The notes beneath the pieces are model-generated. The model made no database searches. It was not told the DNA's origin and was given only the letters and a program-made list of their open reading frames with translations. From a virus: a stretch of 64,000 bases of DNA. The stretch is from positions 1 to 64,000 of IMG/VR virus record IMGVR_UViG_3300012931_000019; one strand, given 5' to 3'. Both the position numbers and the translations under genes were made by a program. This document shows, one piece after another, positions 1 through 9,737 of this stretch (position 1 is its first letter; every line of letters begins with the position of its first letter).

Positions 1-64
1 AAAGTAAGGCATTGTCTTTGTATTAATCGGATGATTACATATTACACATTGCTTAATCATAATC

Positions 65-358
65 TCAACTCCTTTTCTGTTCTTCAGGAGTTAAAACATA
101 TACTTCAATTTCACCAAATCTATCTTTTTGAATTTCAAGTTTATTTTTCTTAATAACATAATCCGACAAAGGCCATCTTCCACCCACTATACCATTATAA
201 TAATCATCTTTATAATTCGGTATAAAGTACCAAATAAATGCTCCCGCATTACGCATATGAATCCCAGCATATGAACGCTGAAAGGTTTCTGGATTTACCA
301 TTATGCCAAATTCATCTTTTAATCTTTGAGCAAGTTTTTCAACATTTTTACTTGCCAT
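65..358 (-). CDS. hypothetical phage protein
   Basis: co-oriented array ORF with SD; no family recognised. Confidence 0.7.
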   Translation of the reverse strand: MASKNVEKLAQRLKDEFGIMVNPETFQRSYAGIHMRNAGAFIWYFIPNYKDDYYNGIVGGRWPLSDYVIKKNKLEIQKDRFGEIEVYVLTPEEQKRS

Positions 359-385
359 AATCTCACTCCCTTTAAAATTCGCCTT

Positions 386-667
386 TTATTCCCAATAAGA
401 AATACTATTATTTACGACTTCTTCTATTAATCCAATCTCACCAATAATATCATTTGCAATTCCAGTATCCATAATTATTAGTGAATTATCTTCATATTTT
501 CTTATGATATTAACTGCCTTAGTTATATATTTGCCTATCTGTTCAGCTTCTTTTCTTGAAATCTTTGTCGCCGTTATCTCAGATTTGCTTGCTGTCACCG
601 TCATATCCGTTGTTAATTTTTGTATAGTATCATTCCAAGCAAAAGGATTCTCTTCTTTCTTTTTCAT
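386..667 (-). CDS. hypothetical phage protein
   Basis: array ORF; stop codon lies inside 18-bp site 372-389. Confidence 0.7.
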   Translation of the reverse strand: MKKKEENPFAWNDTIQKLTTDMTVTASKSEITATKISRKEAEQIGKYITKAVNIIRKYEDNSLIIMDTGIANDIIGEIGLIEEVVNNSISYWE

Positions 668-1071
668 ATTAAATCACTTCCATTTAACATACTTTGCAAT
701 TGCTTCTTCCAAAGCTTCTTCATTTATGATTGGTAAATCTGGCAACATAAGATGCATTGATTCTGCATCTGTTAATCTTCTTCCTCTTATAATATCAATA
801 TCAACATCTGCTTTATTATATTTTCTATTTAAATATTTCTTAATTCCCATAGAATCCTCATTTATCTTGTTTTACTATGCGTTCAATCTCGATAATATCT
901 TCTGGATCAAACTCAAGTTCTTCCCATTGACCTTCTTCAATCAATTTTTTAGCTTCTTCTTTTGAACCTGCTTTAACAGTTCCTTTTGCCGATCCTTCTA
1001 CTCTCATTACAAATTTATAAGTATTCATTTCTTCTATCTCCTTTTACTATGAAATAGTATTTTGATTATAA

Positions 1072-1272
1072 TTAAACCTGATTTTCATAAGCACTTAATT
1101 TCTTTTGCAACTCTATTCTTTCAAGTAATAATTGTTTGTGTTCTTGCAAAAGCAAATCTACTAAAGCTATTTCCATTTTATCGTAACAATCAGCATTTAA
1201 TTCACGGATGACTTTTTTACAGCCTATATGATTACTTATTAATTCAGCTTTTGTCCATTTCTGCTTTTTCAT
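1072..1272 (-). CDS. hypothetical phage protein
   Basis: array ORF; start moved to ATG behind SD. Confidence 0.65.
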   Translation of the reverse strand: MKKQKWTKAELISNHIGCKKVIRELNADCYDKMEIALVDLLLQEHKQLLLERIELQKKLSAYENQV

Positions 1273-1337
1273 AATTACACTTCCTTTCAAATCCTTGTTT
1301 CATCGGTTTGGGAAAAATCCCAAATAAAAATCTCTCA

Positions 1338-1622
1338 TTATAATTGTCTGCTGTTTGGCTGTTCTCCTGCTGATTTAAGTATATTAAGTAAGTTGTTTGG
1401 CATCTGAGTCATCCAGTGATGATTTCTATCTTCTAAATGATTTCCAAATATTTCAGAGTAATCTTCAGCTTTCCATTCTTCTCTTGGCACAGGAACAATT
1501 TCACCACCGCAAGAACATTTTAAATCATCTGGTTCATAATCTCTTTTTAAATCACCGCAATAATATCCTGCGTCTTTACCACATTTATTACATTTTCCAA
1601 CAGTCCAATCATTAATATCCAT
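1338..1622 (-). CDS. hypothetical Cys-rich phage protein
   Basis: CxxC...CxC motifs; start moved to ATG behind SD. Confidence 0.65.
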   Translation of the reverse strand: MDINDWTVGKCNKCGKDAGYYCGDLKRDYEPDDLKCSCGGEIVPVPREEWKAEDYSEIFGNHLEDRNHHWMTQMPNNLLNILKSAGEQPNSRQL

Positions 1623-1651
1623 ATTAATCAACTCCCTTTAAATCCCGTATT

Positions 1652-1933
1652 TTATAATAATTCTTGGAATTTTTGACCTAAAAAATCTATTTGAATTTCT
1701 GTTAATTGTCCAACTCTTACTCCAATATTTTTTAACTTGTCAGTTTGTAAAGCATTACCGAGCATGGCATAATTATGTTCTTCAGTTAAACCATTAATCC
1801 TGCCCAAATCAATATTACTCATAACTGTTTTTTGATACCTTGAAGTAATAGGAATTGCTACCGTTCCGCATATTATATGGGGTCTATAATATCCATCGTT
1901 GTTTTGATACATATAAACTTCTCCGTGTTTCAT
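1652..1933 (-). CDS. PemK/MazF-like protein (divergent, orphan)
   Basis: KHGEVY...RP...AIPITS...VGQL pattern typical of PemK/MazF fold. Confidence 0.55.
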   Translation of the reverse strand: MKHGEVYMYQNNDGYYRPHIICGTVAIPITSRYQKTVMSNIDLGRINGLTEEHNYAMLGNALQTDKLKNIGVRVGQLTEIQIDFLGQKFQELL

Positions 1934-1980
1934 TTTGTTCACTCCAATCCATTAAATTTCTTATTTTAATTGCTTATCTA

Positions 1981-2193
1981 TTAACCAATTATACTATGAA
2001 TTGTGAAATCACAATATTTCGTCTTATTTCCAAGATATCTTATGTAACCCATATGTTCACTAGATATCTCATAAGTTAATGGTTTATTTAAATCTCTTTC
2101 AAACTGTTTTACTGCTTTTTCTATATTAGGAGCATTAATTATAATCGCTTCATCTTCATCTTCTATAAATTTACAAATTTTAAATTTCGCCAT
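1981..2193 (-). CDS. hypothetical phage protein
   Basis: array ORF with SD. Confidence 0.65.
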   Translation of the reverse strand: MAKFKICKFIEDEDEAIIINAPNIEKAVKQFERDLNKPLTYEISSEHMGYIRYLGNKTKYCDFTIHSIIG

Positions 2194-2446
2194 ATTTTCA
2201 TCCCTTTCTTAAATTCAAATTCTTAAATTCAAATAAATTTCTCGTTTTAACAGCATTTAAAATAATCAATCATATCTGTTATCATTGCTTGTGCATATTC
2301 AATTCTATCTTCTCTCATTTCCAATCCAGAATTATAATAGTCTTCATCCCAATCCCACGTTTCAACTTGCTTTTTCATATCTTCAAGTATTAATATAGAT
2401 TTTTCTTTTAACTGCGAATCCATTTTAACCCTTCTTTCTTAATCAA

Positions 2447-2884
2447 TCATTTACTCAACAACCGAAACGAAACACATTCTCCAGCTATCATCTTATGATA
2501 GTAAATTTTATCATCATAATTAATGATCCTGATTCTTACTGGCTGTTCTGCTTCGTCATAAAAATTATCATCCGAAAGAAAAGTACCGCATCTTAAAACT
2601 GTTGGCTCTATAGGTGATTGTAATGCTTTTTCTAAAATAGACTCATACTCTTTAATCCCTTCAGTCGTTTTAATAGTTAATGTATGGTTCTGTTCATCAT
2701 AGTTTTCATCGACTTCATCATCCAATTTAATTTTTGATAATATTCCTTCTGCAATTTCTTTAATACTTTCATAATTAATGGGAATGTCTTCACCTTTTGT
2801 TGTTCTTTTATTTTCACCCTGAACTATTAATCCTTCTTTATATAACTTCATTGTCGGATTATCATTAAAATTACCTGTTGTCAT
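2447..2884 (-). CDS. hypothetical phage protein
   Basis: array ORF, SD AAGGAGG. Confidence 0.75.
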   Translation of the reverse strand: MTTGNFNDNPTMKLYKEGLIVQGENKRTTKGEDIPINYESIKEIAEGILSKIKLDDEVDENYDEQNHTLTIKTTEGIKEYESILEKALQSPIEPTVLRCGTFLSDDNFYDEAEQPVRIRIINYDDKIYYHKMIAGECVSFRLLSK

Positions 2885-2921
2885 TTTAAATTCCTCCTTA
2901 ATTTAGAATGAAATCAAGTTT

Positions 2922-3173
2922 TTAAATGGTTTCTTCTACAATATAACCACCATTATGCCATTCAATTATTTCTTTTTTGGTTTCAATCTTTTGTATATCT
3001 TCGTCATGAACATAAAAAATAATATTATTCTCTTCTTTTGAAATACTTGTTATTTCTTGACACACAATTCTTATACCAAACTCGTTATTAAAGAATTTTT
3101 CAATGATTCTTGGTGTATTTTTATCACGACCTACATTTTTCCATACATACATTTTGTTAAAATTATTATTCAT
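2922..3173 (-). CDS. hypothetical phage protein
   Basis: array ORF; stop inside site 2908-2925. Confidence 0.7.
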   Translation of the reverse strand: MNNNFNKMYVWKNVGRDKNTPRIIEKFFNNEFGIRIVCQEITSISKEENNIIFYVHDEDIQKIETKKEIIEWHNGGYIVEETI

Positions 3174-3225
3174 TTTCTTTTCCCTTTCTCCTTAAAAGCC
3201 TTTAAAATAAGGTTTTGATATTCTT

Positions 3226-3450
3226 TCATTTATTCAAATTCATATTAATACTTCTACTTGTAATTTCTTTGATGATCTGTTTGCCAGATGTTTTTATTAT
3301 ATAATTTCCGTGTTCCCCAGCGTTTACAACGTCTTTATAGATCATATTATCTTTTACAGCATTCTTTACAATTTTTATAGCTTTCTGAAGATCGTCTTCG
3401 TCAAACACTTCTACGGTAAGCTCCACTTCTGTTTTAACTTTAAATTTCAT
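3226..3450 (-). CDS. hypothetical phage protein
   Basis: array ORF, SD GGGAGG. Confidence 0.7.
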   Translation of the reverse strand: MKFKVKTEVELTVEVFDEDDLQKAIKIVKNAVKDNMIYKDVVNAGEHGNYIIKTSGKQIIKEITSRSINMNLNK

Positions 3451-3472
3451 ACTTTACCTCCCAAACTATTAA

Positions 3473-3712
3473 TCATTCTTTTGCTAAATCGTCTTCGGCT
3501 TCATAGCGATTTAGATACAGATTTTCGCCAACTATTCCAGTAACAGAAGTGGTGTAGAGTGATGGCATTTCATATTCAACTTTGAATTTGTTAGTGCCAA
3601 ATTCATACGAAACCAGCCTTACAATGACCCCTTCATTTACTTTATGGTTTCTGATTTTGTAAACCTTGTCTCCAGTTTTACATGGTATCTTAATCGTGTT
3701 TTCCATTTTCAT
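3473..3712 (-). CDS. hypothetical phage protein
   Basis: array ORF; IPCKTGDKVY start common in Firmicute phage hypotheticals. Confidence 0.7.
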   Translation of the reverse strand: MKMENTIKIPCKTGDKVYKIRNHKVNEGVIVRLVSYEFGTNKFKVEYEMPSLYTTSVTGIVGENLYLNRYEAEDDLAKE

Positions 3713-3811
3713 TCCTCACTTTCTGAAAACATAGTAGAAATTTATTTATCAAATTTCCCTTAAATCTATATTTTTATATGGTCTAAACCCGTACATTTCA
3801 AACTATGTCTT

Positions 3812-3842
3812 ATTATACCATATCCATGTGTAGTGTCAATAC
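3812..3842 (-). promoter_or_regulatory. sigmaA-type promoter with palindromic -35 operator
   Basis: TTGACA-16-TATAAT with extended TG; GTAGTGTCAATAC at 3830-3842. Confidence 0.75.
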
Positions 3843-3939
3843 ATTTCCATAATTTTATTTATTTTGTTTTTGTTTTTATTTCTTAGTAATTAATGCACAT
3901 GCCAATGCTATTAATCCAAAATATATAATACCCATTTAT

Positions 3940-4233
3940 TCAACCCTCCGTTCCTGTACTATTAATATTTTCATCATTAACAAATTCATAAGGATCGATG
4001 TTATAAGTAATTGCAAATAATAAAATGTCTTGTACAGTGGCGATTACGGGATTGGCAGAATTAATCTGTCCTTTAATCTTTTCTTTCTTCCATTCCAATT
4101 TAATCATAACATCGGTATATTTTATGTTATGGTCTTTACATATCTTGATAAAATTTTGCTTGATAATTTTTCTATCTGTCTCATTGTACTTCTTTATAAA
4201 TTCTAATGCTTCAATCTGATCTGTTAATTTCAT
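3940..4233 (-). CDS. possible XRE-like HTH protein
   Basis: helical pattern ending ...LLFAITYNIDPYEFV resembles XRE C-terminus. Confidence 0.4.
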   Translation of the reverse strand: MKLTDQIEALEFIKKYNETDRKIIKQNFIKICKDHNIKYTDVMIKLEWKKEKIKGQINSANPVIATVQDILLFAITYNIDPYEFVNDENINSTGTEG

Positions 4234-4301
4234 ATATTTTGTTACCCCTTTCTAGTTATATTCTTTAATTGTAATCCGATAAAAATCGTGTTTCAACGGG
4301 T

Positions 4302-4586
4302 TTATTTATTTAAATCTTTTAAAATGTCTCTGGACTGTTTAAGTAACTCAATTGCTTCAGGACAATTAACATCATAATTGTCTGTTATTCTCTCAATAAT
4401 ATCATCAATTTCTTCTTCATATGTTTCTGTTACCCTGTACTTTTTAAATGTTACTTCACCACTTTTAGTATTCACAAATATCTCAAGTGGATCGCCTTCG
4501 CGAATTCGCATTGTTCTTCTGATTTCCTTCGGAATAACTACACGCCCAAGATCGTCGATTCTTCTCACTATTCCTGTTGATTTCAT
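4302..4586 (-). CDS. AbrB/SpoVT-family DNA-binding protein (SpoVT N-terminal-like, no GAF domain)
   Basis: MKSTGIVRRIDDLGRVVIPKEIRRTMRIREGDPLEIF signature. Confidence 0.9.
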   Translation of the reverse strand: MKSTGIVRRIDDLGRVVIPKEIRRTMRIREGDPLEIFVNTKSGEVTFKKYRVTETYEEEIDDIIERITDNYDVNCPEAIELLKQSRDILKDLNK

Positions 4587-4769
4587 ATTAAAATTCCTCC
4601 TTTTCTGTTATCTTCTTATTTTTACTACGTTTATACACTTTACCAGATTCTACGATCCTGTCACAAGGATTAAGACAACCCCATGACCGACGAATAGTTA
4701 AGATTAATGGTTTTTCTTTTTTCTTTCTTTTTTTCATGACGGTTGTTCTCCTTTCAGTTTTGTAATAAT

Positions 4770-5066
4770 CTAAATTCTGTCTGGTGGAAAGATATGCTCC
4801 GAAAACAATTCATTCCATTCAAATCCCATCGGATAATAAGGCTGACCGCATTCCAGAACGTGCTTCAATGCTTCTTTTCGGTTCAAAAACTCTCCAGTGT
4901 CGGTTAAGAATCCTTGTTCTGCTCTTACAATATCAAGCCTTGTCTGTTCGTCGCACGTTTCTTCGTTGCAGTTTGCGAACTTGATTCTGATTTCCGTCAA
5001 TGGTTCTATATGCCACCTACCTTGATAAATTTGATCTCTAAATTTAATTGCCGCCGCTGTTATCAT
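4770..5066 (-). CDS. conserved-type phage hypothetical protein
   Basis: ITAAAIK...QGFLTDTGEFLNRKEA motif; start behind SD AAAGGAG. Confidence 0.7.
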   Translation of the reverse strand: MITAAAIKFRDQIYQGRWHIEPLTEIRIKFANCNEETCDEQTRLDIVRAEQGFLTDTGEFLNRKEALKHVLECGQPYYPMGFEWNELFSEHIFPPDRI

Positions 5067-5142
5067 TTTTTCTCCTTTAAGTATACTCATGGTATACTAA
5101 TTTCCTTTCTATTATTTATAATTTTACTTTAAAATGTTAGAT

Positions 5143-5370
5143 TTAAGCGGATTTTCTATGTAGAAAATCTTCAATGTACATTGGTCTAAAAAATACATCT
5201 TGATATCTCATTTTTCGCAAATCCCAAACTTTACTACATAATGATGGTGTATTATAAACCCCGTAATCAATTTCAATTTCATAAACTTCGTTAATATTAA
5301 TAACGTCGCCTTGTTTAAAATCTATGCCGTTCTGTTCTTTCAGTTCTTGTCTAGTAAATCTATAATACAT
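5143..5370 (-). CDS. hypothetical phage protein
   Basis: array ORF bounded by sites 5129-5146 and 5395-5412. Confidence 0.7.
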   Translation of the reverse strand: MYYRFTRQELKEQNGIDFKQGDVININEVYEIEIDYGVYNTPSLCSKVWDLRKMRYQDVFFRPMYIEDFLHRKSA

Positions 5371-5608
5371 TTTTATATCTCCTTCCTAAATACCGTGAAA
5401 GATCAGATTTAACGAATTTTAAATATTACATCCTGCATTCCATCTTCGATATCGTTCAATAAAACTAATGAGAATATTTTTTGGAAGTCTCTTTAAATGC
5501 TTTTCCGTTTCTCTCTTATCAAAAGATAAAATACTTTCAATTAATTCTGTTTTTGTACATTCGTATAAATCTTTCATTTTTTATTCTCCTTTCCATTCCT
5601 ACAAATTA

Positions 5609-6046
5609 TCAGATTGATATGGTTTTCGCATAATTTACCATTTTTAATAGTTGACACTTTAATCTTTCATTTTCTTCTGCCAACTTAGAATATGGTGTTA
5701 TGATTGCTATTTTGTCTTCAACTTCATATTCCTTTTCTTTAATCAATCTTTCTGCTTCTGCCGTTTGTTCCGCTGTTAATCCCCTATTCCATCCAGCAAA
5801 TATATAGATTATTTCGTCGGTATTTTTATTTTGCATTGCATATTGTGCTAATAAATCAGCTTCTTCTATTGTTTCAATGTAATCGTACAATCTTACTCTT
5901 GCACCATTATTAAGAATCTTGGTGACTCCATACCCATTTGTTATACTCATTTTTATTTCCTCCTTCTTATCTTCTGGACATTTTATAAAATCCAAACAGT
6001 GTTTACATATAGTTGGTACACCTTTATAAATACACTCTGTCACCAT
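5609..6046 (-). CDS. hypothetical phage protein
   Basis: array ORF; second in-frame start with strong SD at 5950. Confidence 0.65.
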   Translation of the reverse strand: MVTECIYKGVPTICKHCLDFIKCPEDKKEEIKMSITNGYGVTKILNNGARVRLYDYIETIEEADLLAQYAMQNKNTDEIIYIFAGWNRGLTAEQTAEAERLIKEKEYEVEDKIAIITPYSKLAEENERLKCQLLKMVNYAKTISI

Positions 6047-6079
6047 AATATTTCCTTTCAAATAAACCTTTTAAATGCT

Positions 6080-6424
6080 TTAACAAGCCATCAGTTTAAT
6101 ATAATTTCTCATAATATGCTTTACTGCGCGAATCACAACATCTACTGATTTCTGATTAAAGTTTGAAAAATTAACAGTTATTTCTTTGATTTTAATAATA
6201 TTGTTTTCTTCTGTTATTTCTTTTAATTGTTCCAAAATCTCTCGACAATCATTGTAAGAAAGTTTTTCTTCAATTGATTCTAAATATTCAATTCCTTCTA
6301 CACCGATTAATGATTCACCAATGGTATAAGGTGGTTTTATATTTATAAATTCAATCTTATCTGTTATAGTAGCATTAACAGCTACATCACCATATCCTAA
6401 ATAAACTGTATTACCTTTTATCAT
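6080..6424 (-). CDS. hypothetical phage protein
   Basis: array ORF with SD. Confidence 0.7.
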   Translation of the reverse strand: MIKGNTVYLGYGDVAVNATITDKIEFINIKPPYTIGESLIGVEGIEYLESIEEKLSYNDCREILEQLKEITEENNIIKIKEITVNFSNFNQKSVDVVIRAVKHIMRNYIKLMAC

Positions 6425-6425
6425 T

Positions 6426-6617
6426 TTATTTTACCTCTCCAAACATTTCACCAAAATTATATTCAATACGATCCATTACTTTCTGAAATGCTTTATATTC
6501 TTCACTTTCATGATCACCATTTGCATTTTGCATTCCAATCAACATTGCTATAATAGAATCCCTCTGTGATGCTCTACCTTCTTTTCTTACTTCTGTATAA
6601 TCCATTTCTAATCTCAC
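6426..6617 (-). CDS. hypothetical phage protein
   Basis: array ORF. Confidence 0.6.
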   Translation of the reverse strand: MRLEMDYTEVRKEGRASQRDSIIAMLIGMQNANGDHESEEYKAFQKVMDRIEYNFGEMFGEVK

Positions 6618-6654
6618 TTTCTCATTTCCGTTAAATCACCGATTTGCTTGGGTT

Positions 6655-6852
6655 CTATTCACACAAATTATTTATCGCTTCGTTCTTATTATTATTTATT
6701 TTTTTAATCACATTTAATTTTGCTTTGTTATCACGATTTTCATCAACAACTCTATCATATGACTTTAGAATCATGTTGTGCAAAATTTTATAAATTTCCA
6801 CTTCAAGATTGTTATCCATAATATCTGTCAGTATGTCATTTACTTTGTTCAT
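6655..6852 (-). CDS. hypothetical phage protein
   Basis: array ORF, SD GGAGG. Confidence 0.65.
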   Translation of the reverse strand: MNKVNDILTDIMDNNLEVEIYKILHNMILKSYDRVVDENRDNKAKLNVIKKINNNKNEAINNLCE

Positions 6853-6886
6853 CTGTTATACCTCCATTTCCGATGAATCATTGAAT

Positions 6887-7108
6887 TTATAGGCTTTTTA
6901 ATTCATCTTCAGCATCTTTTAAATAACCTTTATAATGTTCAATTATCATATCTAAAACTACTGGTTCTAAATCACAAGTTTCCATTTCTCGATAATAAAT
7001 TTTAAATTCATCTGGATAACTTCTATTTTCTAAACTTGTTAAGAATGCCTTATATCTATTAATTTGTTCTACTACCCTTGCAATTTTGTTTGCTCTATTC
7101 ATGTCCAT
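6887..7108 (-). CDS. hypothetical phage protein
   Basis: array ORF bounded by sites 6873-6890 and 7133-7150. Confidence 0.7.
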   Translation of the reverse strand: MDMNRANKIARVVEQINRYKAFLTSLENRSYPDEFKIYYREMETCDLEPVVLDMIIEHYKGYLKDAEDELKSL

Positions 7109-7153
7109 TTTATTTTTCTCCCTTCATTTCCTTTAAAACTCTGATTTTAACTA

Positions 7154-7549
7154 CTATTGCATGCCACCAACAATTAACTGAAAATCTTCTGGACTCTTTA
7201 ATACTCTTGGTTTATATTTTGGGTTGTTCTGTCTCTTCTCTTTACCGCTGATCTGTCTGCTCATATTATTTAATTTCTTCAAATGACTTTCCGTTGATAT
7301 TCTCAATGTTGCCATGTTTTCTAATTCATTTTTAACTGTTCTTCGCTGTTCTGAATTATTATAAAGTGCCTTTGCGAATAAATATCCAGCATACATATCA
7401 AATTTACCGTCAGTATTTTCAATTTCGTGTAAAATATCTGATCGTATTTTATCCTGTGTACTTACGCTTTCTATTAACTGCTGGTAATCAGCTTCGATAT
7501 CGTTCATGATATCTGTTAACTGTGTTATGTACTTTTGTGCCTTACACAT
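7154..7549 (-). CDS. hypothetical coiled-coil phage protein
   Basis: array ORF, SD AAGGAGG. Confidence 0.75.
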   Translation of the reverse strand: MCKAQKYITQLTDIMNDIEADYQQLIESVSTQDKIRSDILHEIENTDGKFDMYAGYLFAKALYNNSEQRRTVKNELENMATLRISTESHLKKLNNMSRQISGKEKRQNNPKYKPRVLKSPEDFQLIVGGMQ

Positions 7550-7589
7550 TTGTTATACCTCCTTTAGCTTGTCATATGACAAGTATTTT

Positions 7590-7862
7590 TTAATTTCCTA
7601 TTAATATCCATAACTTTCTTTTTCCTAGTTTAATTGTTATAAAATCAAGATGGTTTAATTCAATGCACAAATCTCTTCTATTACGTTTAATTTCACTAAT
7701 AGATGATGTTAATCCTAAATCTACCAATATTTTAGGCAAGAATCTTTCATCTGTTCTAATAGTCTTTTCAAATTCGTTATTGTCCCAATCATTTTTATTT
7801 AAAGCAAATAATAAACTAGGATCAACAATCGGCTCACCAACTATAATATTTTCAACATGCAT
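7590..7862 (-). CDS. S4-like domain protein (TyrRS C-terminal-like)
   Basis: LPKILVDLGLTSSISEIKR...IKLGKRK resembles TyrRS S4 domain. Confidence 0.5.
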   Translation of the reverse strand: MHVENIIVGEPIVDPSLLFALNKNDWDNNEFEKTIRTDERFLPKILVDLGLTSSISEIKRNRRDLCIELNHLDFITIKLGKRKLWILIGN

Positions 7863-7909
7863 TTCATCACCTTCCTTTCAATTACGATGAAACTTTGGTT
7901 TTATAGACT

Positions 7910-8080
7910 TTAGTCTAAATTTAATGTGTTTAGTATTATCTTTCTGCAATGTTCTACTGTTGTTGCTAAACATTCATCATCATTAAAACAGCACTTGCAT
8001 TCCTCAAATTTAATTTTCCTTATTTCCGATGCTGTCATAATTTTTATTCGTTCTTTCAATATAGATTTCAACATTATCAT
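7910..8080 (-). CDS. hypothetical phage protein
   Basis: array ORF; start behind SD AAAGGAG. Confidence 0.55.
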   Translation of the reverse strand: MIMLKSILKERIKIMTASEIRKIKFEECKCCFNDDECLATTVEHCRKIILNTLNLD

Positions 8081-8120
8081 TTTGTTGACTCCTTTCATAA
8101 AACCCAAGCAAAGACTGATT

Positions 8121-8306
8121 TTATTCAAACCTATTTCTAAAATCATTTCTAACTTCTGTTAATGCGTTCCATCTACCCATCATAGATGCAATGTTTTCTT
8201 TAGATTCTTTAATATTATCATTAAGCCACTGTTCAACTCTTTTTATTTCTTCATCAAGTTCATTTGTATAGTCAATAATCTCTTCTGTTAATTCTGAATA
8301 TGTCAT
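8121..8306 (-). CDS. hypothetical phage protein
   Basis: array ORF with SD. Confidence 0.6.
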   Translation of the reverse strand: MTYSELTEEIIDYTNELDEEIKRVEQWLNDNIKESKENIASMMGRWNALTEVRNDFRNRFE

Positions 8307-8348
8307 ACCTTAACTCCTTTCCGATTAAAACCATTCTTTCATTTGCTT

Positions 8349-8534
8349 TTATATCTCCATATTTGCAAAGTTTTCCATTTCATAAACTAGGTTTTCTGGA
8401 GTATTAGCATATTTTTCAAACCATTTATCAAAATGCGCTGACAGATAACCTTCAAAGTTGTCTAAGTTATTCGGTTTATTCGCAAATTCCTTAATTGCAT
8501 TAATAAGTGTTGTCGCTAATTCTTGATTATTCAT
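8349..8534 (-). CDS. hypothetical phage protein
   Basis: array ORF with SD. Confidence 0.7.
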   Translation of the reverse strand: MNNQELATTLINAIKEFANKPNNLDNFEGYLSAHFDKWFEKYANTPENLVYEMENFANMEI

Positions 8535-8561
8535 TTTTATTTCACTCTCCTTATTTATAAT

Positions 8562-8768
8562 TTAGTTTATACAATCATAATTAAAATATAATTGTGATTG
8601 AAACTCTGATATCAAACATGCTTCTCGTTCATCTATTGACATACTTTTGTATGCTTCGCCTAGTTTTATTTCGGTCTGTTCTTTAACATAGTTATAAAAC
8701 TCTGTTGCGTTCATAGTGTGTCCTGTTACCCTGTTCTGGTATCTGTTCTGTTCACGGTTTCTTGACAT
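8562..8768 (-). CDS. hypothetical phage protein
   Basis: array ORF; start behind SD. Confidence 0.65.
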   Translation of the reverse strand: MSRNREQNRYQNRVTGHTMNATEFYNYVKEQTEIKLGEAYKSMSIDEREACLISEFQSQLYFNYDCIN

Positions 8769-8815
8769 TTTGATCTCTCCTTTTAAACCCAATGAATCGT
8801 TAATTTCATTTGCTT

Positions 8816-9070
8816 TTAAATTTCAATTACTAACTTTACATTATGTGAATCTCTTCCAATTAAATTATGTGGGATAGAAAAGAATTCGACATAATTATCG
8901 GGATACTGAACTTCATAAGCCGTAACAAGTACATAACTATTAAGGTCATAATAATCATCTAAATCTCTTGCTATTTTACTTGGTGTATATCTCTTAAAAT
9001 CATATATCCCTATAATATCATTTAGCCTTTTTCCATCTAATGTATAAAAATCTTGGCTCACTTCACTCAC
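8816..9070 (-). CDS. hypothetical phage protein
   Basis: array ORF, GTG start with SD. Confidence 0.65.
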   Translation of the reverse strand: MSEVSQDFYTLDGKRLNDIIGIYDFKRYTPSKIARDLDDYYDLNSYVLVTAYEVQYPDNYVEFFSIPHNLIGRDSHNVKLVIEI

Positions 9071-9417
9071 TCCTTTAGGTTTAATACCGATATACAGATT
9101 GTTCTAATTCAAGCCCATACATTATTCCTATGCCATTCTTTTCTGCTATCTCTCTTGCTTTATATTTTGCTTCTTTTAAACTTTGAGCATATATTTTATG
9201 TTGTGTTTTTTCTCCGTTTTGTGCGTATGTCATAATATATATTGCTTTATGCCATGCCATTTTTTAACTCCTTTCCATTATTTCAATTGCAATTGTTAAT
9301 GCTTCATAATATGTTTTATCGTCTATATAATCTTGTCTTATTTCTTTTATTGCCTGTATTGCTCGTTCAATCTCCATATTTTTATCTCCTTAGTTCAATT
9401 AAAATCTCCATTCTATG

Positions 9418-9669
9418 CTATCCAACTAATCTTTTGTGTACATCATAATTATAAGTGTCACACGTATATCTCTTAGCTACTGTTATTGCTGTTTCAATGT
9501 CTTCAAAACTATCTGCTACACTAAACATATCTGTGTTATTATCTTTAAATTCAAACATTTCCACAACAAACATTTCACTATCTTTGTCATAATATATTTG
9601 ATTGTTCTTTTTTCCTACTTTTACAGTTTCTTTCCCATTTATCAATTTCAACAATGTTTGATAATTCAT
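9418..9669 (-). CDS. hypothetical phage protein
   Basis: array ORF bounded by sites 9399-9416 and 9684-9701. Confidence 0.7.
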   Translation of the reverse strand: MNYQTLLKLINGKETVKVGKKNNQIYYDKDSEMFVVEMFEFKDNNTDMFSVADSFEDIETAITVAKRYTCDTYNYDVHKRLVG

Positions 9670-9737
9670 TTCTTTACCTACCTTTCAAATCCACATTTGA
9701 TTCTAATTGTCCGTATAGCCGATAACACAGCTTTGTT

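Noticed and set aside
2206-2234. 15-bp tandem duplication TTCTTAAATTCAAAT
   Set aside because: Single local duplication beside site 2233; may be a scar but not interpretable alone
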